From assembly GCA_020725405.1 (NCBI GenBank), contig DYFB01000093.1, forward strand, positions 3,183 through 67,182: a DNA stretch of 64,000 nt. The letters run 5' to 3'. Made by a program: the position numbers and the translations under genes. This DNA comes from Symbiobacterium sp. (GTDB taxonomy: Bacteria; Bacillota; Sulfobacillia; UBA995; UBA9673). The notes under the pieces were generated by a model, which searched no databases, was not told the DNA's origin, and saw nothing but the letters and a program-made list of their open reading frames with translations. Shown here piece after piece: positions 58,152 through 64,000 of the stretch (positions are counted from its first letter, which is position 1; every line of letters starts with the position of its first letter).

Positions 58152-59471
58152 ATGAAGCTTATCATCAAAGGTAGGCGCCCCCTCAGCGGGCGGGTCAGGG
58201 TGCACGGCAGCAAGAACGCCGTCCTGCCCATCATCGCCGCCTCGCTTCTCGTCGACGGCGAGACGGTCATCACCCAGGTCCCGCACCTCGAGGACGTCCA
58301 CACGGCCGTCGAGGTCATGGCCAGCCTGGGGGTCGACGCGCGCCTGCGCGGCTCGACCCTCACCCTGCGGCCGGAGGGGCTGTCGAGCTTCGAAGCCCCC
58401 TACGACTACGTCCGGCGGATGAGGGCCTCCTTCCTGGTCACCGGGCCCCTCCTCGCCCGTCTCGGACGCGCCCGCATCTCGCTTCCCGGCGGCTGCGCCA
58501 TCGGCTCGCGCCCCATAGACCTCCACCTGAAGGGGCTCGAGGCCCTCGGGGCCCGGATCCGTGTGGGTCACGGCTACATCGAGGCCAGCGCCGCCGAGAG
58601 ACTGACGGGTAGCCGTGTCTACCTCGACTATCCCAGCGTCGGGGCCACCGAGCACCTCATGATGGCCTCCTGCCTGGCCGAGGGGACGACGGTCATCGAG
58701 AACGCCGCCGAAGAGCCCGAGATAGTGGACCTCGCCAACTACCTCAACGCCGCCGGGGCTTCCATCTACGGGGCGGGCACCAAGGTCATCCGGATCGAGG
58801 GCGTCCGAGCCCTGAAAGGCGTCAGACACCAGGTCATCCCGGACCGCATCGAGGCTGGCACCTACATGGTCGCGGCGGCCATCACCGGCGGCTACGTCGA
58901 GATCGAGGGCGTGGTGCCCGACCACCTGACGGCCGTGAGCGCCAAGCTCCGGGAGATGGGCGTGGACGTCGTGGAGGACGAGAACTCCATTCTGGTCAAC
59001 GCCTCCCGCCGCCGCCTGAAGGCGGTCAACATCAAGACCATGCCCTACCCCGGCTTCCCGACCGACATGCAGGCCCCGTTCATGGCCCTCCTGGCCGTGG
59101 CCGAGGGCACCGGGGTCGTGACCGAGACGGTCTTCGAGAACCGGCTCATCCACGTGGTCGAGATGGTCCGGATGGGAGCCGACATCCAGGTCGACGGCCG
59201 CGTGGCTACCGTCCAGGGGAGGCGGTCCCTGTACGGAGCCCCGGTGACAGCGACCGATCTTCGCGGCGGCGCCGCCCTCGTGCTCGCCGGCCTCGGGGCC
59301 GTCGGGGTCACGGAGGTCAGCGGCGTAGAGCACATCGACCGGGGCTACGACTCGCTCGACGCGAACCTGCGGCGGCTCGGGGCCAGCGTCCGCCGGGTCC
59401 GGCCCAGGGAGACCGCCGACGGGCGGCTGGCCGCCGGAACAACCGGCGGCCTGGCCGGGGGCCGGCATTAG
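58152..59471 (+). CDS. murA: UDP-N-acetylglucosamine 1-carboxyvinyltransferase
   Basis: [33 protein letters not shown]...[15 protein letters not shown] (active-site Cys). Confidence 0.95.
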   Translation: MKLIIKGRRPLSGRVRVHGSKNAVLPIIAASLLVDGETVITQVPHLEDVHTAVEVMASLGVDARLRGSTLTLRPEGLSSFEAPYDYVRRMRASFLVTGPLLARLGRARISLPGGCAIGSRPIDLHLKGLEALGARIRVGHGYIEASAAERLTGSRVYLDYPSVGATEHLMMASCLAEGTTVIENAAEEPEIVDLANYLNAAGASIYGAGTKVIRIEGVRALKGVRHQVIPDRIEAGTYMVAAAITGGYVEIEGVVPDHLTAVSAKLREMGVDVVEDENSILVNASRRRLKAVNIKTMPYPGFPTDMQAPFMALLAVAEGTGVVTETVFENRLIHVVEMVRMGADIQVDGRVATVQGRRSLYGAPVTATDLRGGAALVLAGLGAVGVTEVSGVEHIDRGYDSLDANLRRLGASVRRVRPRETADGRLAAGTTGGLAGGRH

Positions 59472-59520
59472 AGCTCCGACGGGTTCATAGGATTAAGAGC
59501 CCGGCCGGGGAGAGAGGATC

Positions 59521-60522
59521 TTGCGCCGCGTACTCGTCGTTTTCGTCCTCGGGCTGTTCTTCGTCCTCGTTCTCCTGCCCGCCATCATCGTCCGGGGGTG
59601 CCGCTACGAAGACACGTCGAACCGGGGAGGTCACCCCGCCTCGCCGGTCGTCCGCGTCCTCCTCCACCGCACCGGCGAGGTCATCGCCCTGCCGCTGGAG
59701 GAGTACGTCGTCGGCGTCGTGGCGGCTGAGATGCCCGCCTCCTTCGGCCTCGAGGCCCTGAAGGCCCAGGCGGTCATCGCCCGGACCTTCGCCGTGGCCA
59801 GAATGAAGGTCTTCGGCGGTCAGGGCGTGCCCGGCCGGTCGGACGCCGACGTGACCACCGACATCTGGGCGGGCGGCCAGTCCTGGATGAGCAAGGCTGA
59901 GGCCCGGAAGGCCTGGGGCTTTTTCTCTTTCTACGGCCGGTGGGCGCGGATGGAGGAGGCCGCGCGGGTCACGGAGGGACTCATCCTCACCGCCGACGGC
60001 GTCCCCATCGAGGCCGTCTACCACTCGACCTGCGGCGGCGCCACCGAGAACAGCGAGGACGTCTGGCAGGAGGCTCTTCCCTACCTCAGGGGCGTGACCT
60101 GCGACTGGTGCGCCCATTCGCCCTGGATGCGCCGGGAGACCGAGGTGTCCGTCACAGGCATCGAGCAGGCCTTCGGGTTGGGATCGGGGGTCCTGGCCGC
60201 CTTCGCCGGACAGGGACGGCCCTCTCTCGAGATCGTCGACCAGACTCCTTCCGGCCGGGCGAGGACGGTGAAGGTTGGGACGACCCTCGTCCGCGGTCTC
60301 GAGTTCCGGAGGGCCCTCGGGCTGCCGTCGGCCCGCTTTACGTTCACCGTCTCCGGTTCGACGGTGAGGTTCATCAACTCGGGCTACGGTCACGGCGTGG
60401 GGCTCTGCCAGTACGGCGCCGACGGGATGGCCCGGGCCGGGAAGGACTTCCGGGAGATACTCGCCTTCTACTACACCGGTACGGAGGTCGAGGCCCTGCC
60501 CTGGGCCGGCACGGAGAACTGA
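59521..60522 (+). CDS. spoIID: Stage II sporulation protein D (lytic transglycosylase)
   Basis: RVLLHRTGEVIALPLEEYVVGVVAAEMPASFGLEALKAQAVIARTFA...HSTCGGATENSEDVW. SD ggggagag before the TTG. Confidence 0.9.
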   Translation: MRRVLVVFVLGLFFVLVLLPAIIVRGCRYEDTSNRGGHPASPVVRVLLHRTGEVIALPLEEYVVGVVAAEMPASFGLEALKAQAVIARTFAVARMKVFGGQGVPGRSDADVTTDIWAGGQSWMSKAEARKAWGFFSFYGRWARMEEAARVTEGLILTADGVPIEAVYHSTCGGATENSEDVWQEALPYLRGVTCDWCAHSPWMRRETEVSVTGIEQAFGLGSGVLAAFAGQGRPSLEIVDQTPSGRARTVKVGTTLVRGLEFRRALGLPSARFTFTVSGSTVRFINSGYGHGVGLCQYGADGMARAGKDFREILAFYYTGTEVEALPWAGTEN

Positions 60523-60540
60523 GCGACGCCGGTCGACCGG

Positions 60541-60641
60541 ACGCCCCACCCCGGGTCCCCTCCCACGCCCCACCCCGGGTCCCCTCCCACGCCCCACCCC
60601 GGGTCCCCTCCGACGCCCCACCCCGGGTCCCCTCCCACGCC
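60541..60641. repeat. Intergenic 24-bp tandem repeat x4.2 (acgccccaccccgggtcccctccS)
   Basis: Read directly from the sequence. One G variant in copy 3. Overlapping ORFs on the minus strand are repeat artefacts. Confidence 0.9.
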
Positions 60642-60697
60642 TTGCCCTGGTATACCCTCCCACCCCCTGGACACACTAGCTTCGGAGGGGTGGTCCA

Positions 60698-61876
60698 TTG
60701 GACGCCAGCGATTCCCGCAAGCGGCACACCTACCGGGTCAGCCGACGCTCGGAGGCCGCCCCCGGCCGGGAGGTTGGCTCCGGCCGGGAGGCCCATCCCG
60801 TCCGGGCGGTCGGCCCCGTCCGGGAGTGCCCGCCCAGGCGCGAGAGGCGCGCCGGAAACGGGCGGGCCCGTCGGGCTCGGGGACGCGGGCGGTCAAGACA
60901 CGCCCGGAAGGGTGAGACCCTCGCGGGCGTCTTTCTCCGGGCGGCGCTCCACGGTCTTCGGGACCGGGTCAACCGCCTTCACGTGGCCGCCGGGTCGCTC
61001 GGGCGGACCGGGCTCACCGGGCTCCGGGCCCGGGCGGGTCGGTACTCCGCCCACCTCACCGCACTCGCCGGCGTTGTCATCGTCATCCTGAGCGTCTACC
61101 TCATCCAGCAGGGCTTCCTTGTGCCGTCCTCCTTCGATCACCGCGCCGGCGCGCCGGTCCCGGCGTCCGGGGAGACGGCCGGACCGCCCTCGGGCGCGGC
61201 CGGTGGGACGGCTGGCGGGCAGGACGGCGTTTCGGGCGGTGCGTCAGAAGAGCCGGGAGTGGCCGCGACGGGCGACGCGGGCGGCGGCCCGACCGACGGT
61301 GCGAGCAGCGGGTCGTCCGGCGCCGCCGCGACGGCTCCGGGCCCCGGGACGGAGCCAGAGCCGACCGGCTCCGCGGGACAGGCGGGACAGGGCGATGGAC
61401 AGGGAGAGACCCGGATGGTCGTCGACCTCGAGGACGGGAGCTCGACCGTCGTCGGGCCCCTGTCCCGCGGGGACTGCCTGCGCGGGCTGGTCCGGCCGGC
61501 CGCTGGCGACGTCGTCCGGGGTTTCGGGTTCTACGAGTCGCCTCTCCTCCTCGGGTGGCGCTACCACCCCGGCGTGGACATCAGGACGGCGGTCGGAGCG
61601 GCGGTCCACGCGGCCCAGGCGGGGATGGTGACCGACGTCCGGCGCTCCGCGTCCGAGGCCTGGCGGGTGGAAATCGCCCACGGCTTCGGGGTGGTGACCG
61701 TGTACGCTCACCTCGGGGCGATCGAAGTCAGGGCCGGCGACGAGATCCGGCGCGGCCAGCGCATCGGAACCGTGGGGCTGCCCGGCGACTACGAGTACGA
61801 CCTCGGGCCGCACCTCCACTACGAGATACGGGTGGACGGGCAGGCCATCGAGCCCGACCCGTATCTCGGAGGCTGA
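60698..61876 (+). CDS. Membrane-anchored M23/LytM-domain peptidase in the spoIID-spoIIID interval (SpoIIQ-like candidate)
   Basis: Single TM LTALAGVVIVILSVYLI. Low-complexity linker. LytM domain with intact HxxxD (YHPGVDIRT) and HxH (GPHLHYEIRV). Confidence 0.7.
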   Translation: MDASDSRKRHTYRVSRRSEAAPGREVGSGREAHPVRAVGPVRECPPRRERRAGNGRARRARGRGRSRHARKGETLAGVFLRAALHGLRDRVNRLHVAAGSLGRTGLTGLRARAGRYSAHLTALAGVVIVILSVYLIQQGFLVPSSFDHRAGAPVPASGETAGPPSGAAGGTAGGQDGVSGGASEEPGVAATGDAGGGPTDGASSGSSGAAATAPGPGTEPEPTGSAGQAGQGDGQGETRMVVDLEDGSSTVVGPLSRGDCLRGLVRPAAGDVVRGFGFYESPLLLGWRYHPGVDIRTAVGAAVHAAQAGMVTDVRRSASEAWRVEIAHGFGVVTVYAHLGAIEVRAGDEIRRGQRIGTVGLPGDYEYDLGPHLHYEIRVDGQAIEPDPYLGG

Positions 61877-61961
61877 ACCTGCGGGCCGGAGGGCGCGACA
61901 TTTTTGGCCTCCCGGGCGGCATATAGTTCACCAGCCGCCGCCTGAAGGGGGGCCTCTCGGG

Positions 61962-62219
61962 TTGAAGGACTATATCCGGAACCGGGTCCTCGAAGTCGCC
62001 CACTACATCCAGGACAACTCGGCTACGGTGAGGGACGCCGCGCAGCGCTTCAATGTCTCCAAGAGCACCATCCACAAGGACATCACGGAGAGGCTTCAAC
62101 GCATCAACCCCGCCCTGGCCCAGGCCGTCGACCAGATTCTCCAGAAGAACAAGGCGGAGCGCCATATCCGGGGCGGGCACGCGACCCGGCTGAAATACCG
62201 GGCCCTGGGCACGGGCTGA
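61962..62219 (+). CDS. spoIIID: Stage III sporulation protein D (mother-cell transcription factor)
   Basis: KDYIRNRVLEVAHYIQDNSATVRDAAQRFNVSKSTIHKDITERLQRINPALAQAVDQIL is near-identical in pattern to Bacillus and Clostridium SpoIIID. Confidence 0.9.
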   Translation: MKDYIRNRVLEVAHYIQDNSATVRDAAQRFNVSKSTIHKDITERLQRINPALAQAVDQILQKNKAERHIRGGHATRLKYRALGTG

Positions 62220-62300
62220 CTGACAGGGTCCCGCCTCCAGCGGACCCCCCGACCTGGAGGGAATGAGTGCCCCCGAGCGAACTATCGGGGAAGGCGGTCA

Positions 62301-63374
62301 GTGTCGCCAGGTGCGGGGGACTTCCTCGTGTTCGGACTTGTCAACGACATCGGCATAGACCTGGGCACGGCGACGTGCCTTGTCTACGTCAAGGGCAAGG
62401 GCGTCGTCCTCAACGAGCCGTCCGTCGTAGCCCTCGAGCAGGAAACCTCGCGCATCGTGGCCATCGGCGAAGAGGCCCGGAGGATGCTCGGGCGCACCCC
62501 CGGCAACATCGTCGCCGTCAAACCCCTCCGCGACGGGGTCATCGCCGACTTCGACCTCACCGAGAAGATGCTCAAGTACTTCATCGCCAAGGTCTGCGGC
62601 CGCCGCATGCTCCTTCACCCCCGCATCGCCGTGGGCGTCCCCTCCGGCATCACCTCGGTCGAGCGCCGGGCCGTCATCGACGCCTGCATGCAGGCCGGAG
62701 CCCGCCGGTGCTACCTCATCGAGGAACCCCTGGCCGCGGCCATCGGCGCGGGCATCGACTTCAGCCAGCCATCCGGGGCCATGGTCGTCGACGTGGGTGG
62801 AGGGACCACCGACGTGGCCGTCCTGTCCATGGGTCAGGTGGTCGTCAGCCGGTCGGTGCGCGTGGCCGGCAACGAGTGCGACGAGGCCATCAGCCGCTAC
62901 GTCCGGACCGAGTTCGGCATCGTCATCGGCGAGCGGACGGCCGAGGAGATCAAGATCGAGGTCGGGACGGCCTGGCCGCGCTCGGTCAGGCGGACCCTCG
63001 AGGTCCGCGGCCGCGATCTGGCCACCGGCCTCCCGCGAACCGTCTCCATCACGTCCGGCCAGGCTCACACGGCCATCAAGGAGACCCTCGAGACCATGCT
63101 CTCGGCCATCCGGGCCGTTCTCGAGCAGACACCGCCGGAGCTGGCCGCCGATATCATGGATAAGGGGATAGTCCTCACCGGTGGCGGGGCCCTCCTGCAC
63201 GGCCTCGACCGCTACTTCTCCCACGGGACCGGAGTGGCCGTGAACCTGGTGGAGGACCCCGTAACCTGCGTTGTCCGGGGAACCGGACTCGCCCTGGAGA
63301 GCCTGGGGTCCGGTTCGGGGCGGATATCGCCGTTCTGGTCGGGCCAGTCGACCATCGGCGGCTCCATGCCCTGA
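62301..63374 (+). CDS. mbl: Rod-shape-determining actin homologue MreB/Mbl
   Basis: DIGIDLGTATCLVYVKGKGVVLNEPSVVA...VVVDVGGGTTDVAVLS. Alternative in-frame GTG at 62328 (VFGLVNDIGIDLGT). Confidence 0.9.
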   Translation: MSPGAGDFLVFGLVNDIGIDLGTATCLVYVKGKGVVLNEPSVVALEQETSRIVAIGEEARRMLGRTPGNIVAVKPLRDGVIADFDLTEKMLKYFIAKVCGRRMLLHPRIAVGVPSGITSVERRAVIDACMQAGARRCYLIEEPLAAAIGAGIDFSQPSGAMVVDVGGGTTDVAVLSMGQVVVSRSVRVAGNECDEAISRYVRTEFGIVIGERTAEEIKIEVGTAWPRSVRRTLEVRGRDLATGLPRTVSITSGQAHTAIKETLETMLSAIRAVLEQTPPELAADIMDKGIVLTGGGALLHGLDRYFSHGTGVAVNLVEDPVTCVVRGTGLALESLGSGSGRISPFWSGQSTIGGSMP

Positions 63375-63443
63375 CGGTCGCCCTGAAACGCCGCCGGCGC
63401 GACGACTGCCGGGCCCCCGAGGAGGTCGTCCCGGGGCGGGCGG

Positions 63444-63472
63444 TTGACAGAGGCGGGACCTTCGCATAGACT
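63444..63472 (+). promoter_or_regulatory. Sigma-A-like promoter TTGACA - 17 nt - TAGACT driving the SAM riboswitch
   Basis: Read from the sequence, about 40 nt upstream of riboswitch P1. Confidence 0.55.
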
Positions 63473-63509
63473 AGGCATCGGTACGGCGGGACCTGACAAC
63501 CGAATAGCA

Positions 63510-63623
63510 CGCTCATCAAGAGCAGGTGGAGGGACGGGCCCGATGAAACCCGGCAACCGGCCCACGGGGGAAGCCCCCGGGGCACGGTGCTAACTCCCGC
63601 AGGGCCCATCCTGAGAGATGAGA
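63510..63623 (+). ncRNA. SAM-I (S-box) riboswitch
   Basis: gCTCATCAAGAGcaGGTGGAGGGAcgGGCCCGATGAAACCCGGCAACCgg...GGTGCtAAcTCCcGCAgg...ctGAGAGATGAGa matches the S-box consensus core. P1 is closed by CTCATC / GATGAG. Confidence 0.85.
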
Positions 63624-63628
63624 ACCGC

Positions 63629-63668
63629 AGGCCTCATCCAGCGATGGACGAGGCCTTTCGCGTTTTCC
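63629..63668 (+). terminator. Riboswitch expression-platform terminator: ggcctcatcca / gcga / tggacgaggcc followed by tttcgcgttttcc
   Basis: 11-bp stem with one A-C mismatch and a T-rich tail. The 5' arm (ctcatc) can pair instead with P1 3' gatgag (antiterminator logic). Confidence 0.7.
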
Positions 63669-63696
63669 CTGGCGAACGAGAGGGGCGAGGCCTGAA

Positions 63697-64000
63697 GTGA
63701 CGGAAGCGGTACGGACACCGTTCCGACCGGCTCTGGCCACGACCGGTGTGGGGAGTTTGCCCCACCTCGCACCGGGGGAAGGGGTCGAGGACGTCCTCGC
63801 CCACTGCCCGGAGTACCCCTACTGGCCGCAGCTCCCCCGGCTGTCGGCGCGGGAGGACATGTACCGCCAGTTCTCGGCGGGTCTGCCCGGGCTCAGGGTG
63901 AGCGTCCGGCCGCCGGCGCGGGACGGGCCGGAAGCGCGGGAGACCGCTGAGGGTGAGGCCCGCCTCGAGTGGCGGCGGGACGAGTGTGTTCCCGCCGAGC
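63697..64000 (+). CDS. Cobalamin-independent methionine synthase-like protein (MetE C-terminal-domain family, short form), 5' part; runs off the window
   Basis: GTG 7 nt after SD agaggggcgagg. N-terminus VTEAVRTPFRPALATTGVGSLPH resembles the TT(V/I)GS(F/L)P start of MetE-type domains. Its position behind a SAM riboswitch supports a methionine-pathway role. Confidence 0.45.
   Translation, partial: MTEAVRTPFRPALATTGVGSLPHLAPGEGVEDVLAHCPEYPYWPQLPRLSAREDMYRQFSAGLPGLRVSVRPPARDGPEARETAEGEARLEWRRDECVPAE

Noticed and set aside
29074-60641. Whether any of the five tandem-repeat tracts (29074, 34115, 38749, 52714, 60541) is a CRISPR array.
   Set aside because: Units are contiguous with no unique spacers, and copy numbers are 2-5. 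Three tracts are in-frame inside genes. No cas genes occur in the window.
60374-60796. Minus-strand ORFs (60374..60796, 60471..60698) encoding WGVGGDPG repeats.
   Set aside because: These are direct translations of the 24-bp intergenic tandem repeat and have no start context.
1-64000. Mobile elements, prophage, integrons, toxin-antitoxin pairs, and tRNA or rRNA genes.
   Set aside because: No transposase, integrase, phage structural proteins or attC-like sites are recognisable. No tRNA-like cloverleaf candidates were noticed in the intergenic regions. The only pseudogene-like scar is the wbaP fragment/GT4 junction.

Overview
Window content: this is a very GC-rich (about 70%) piece of a Gram-positive, endospore-forming Firmicute chromosome. 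The taxonomic call rests on spoIID, a spoIIQ-like gene, spoIIID, mbl/mreB, tagO-mnaA-murA, and gene order that parallels the B. subtilis prfA-prmC-ywlC-ywlE-rpiB region. It could be Thermaerobacter-, Symbiobacterium- or Limnochorda-like, but I cannot place it from sequence alone. Coding is dense and mostly on the + strand. Because of the high GC, many long antisense ORFs in the six-frame track are artefacts.

The window contains, in order:
(1) 1-6.5 kb: three tandem paralogous SLH-domain surface (S-layer-like) protein genes. The first runs off the 5' edge. Each has its own GC-rich terminator hairpin.
(2) 6.7-27.2 kb: a cell-surface glycan locus, which I think is an S-layer glycosylation locus. 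It has three Wzy_C/O-antigen-ligase-family membrane proteins (one fused to a TPR domain), CtpA, three GT4 glycosyltransferases, a WecG/TagA-family transferase, a WbaP-like priming phosphotransferase, and a 5' fragment of a second one fused out of frame to an N-truncated GT4. It also has an NAD-epimerase, PMM/PGM, GalU and Gmd-Fcl (GDP-fucose). Embedded in it are an orphan sugar-type solute-binding protein and adenosylhomocysteinase.
(3) 29.2-42.1 kb: an unusual surface signalling and processing cluster. It comprises a membrane-anchored PQQ-type beta-propeller; a Hanks Ser/Thr kinase with an extracellular CBM-like domain; a 1550-aa SLH-anchored S8 subtilase translationally coupled (TGATG) to a stand-alone receiver domain; a double carbon-nitrogen hydrolase whose N-terminal domain has lost its catalytic Cys; and a putative six-hairpin glycosidase-like protein (weak assignment), followed by transaldolase.
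(4) 43-63 kb: housekeeping and sporulation genes. These are rho, a LysM-M23 peptidase, rpmE, an amino-acid ABC transporter, DUF1385, prfA, prmC, a Sua5/YwlC-LMW-PTP fusion, rpiB, dCMP deaminase, tagO, mnaA, murA, spoIID, a SpoIIQ-like M23 peptidase, spoIIID and mreB/mbl.
(5) 63.4 kb to the end: a sigmaA-like promoter, a SAM-I riboswitch, a terminator and a MetE-like gene.

There are several exact tandem repeats. A 17-bp x4 and a 24-bp x4 repeat are intergenic. A 48-bp x2, a 24-bp x3 and a 21-bp x5 repeat are in-frame inside genes. I found no CRISPR array, transposase, integrase or rRNA/tRNA.
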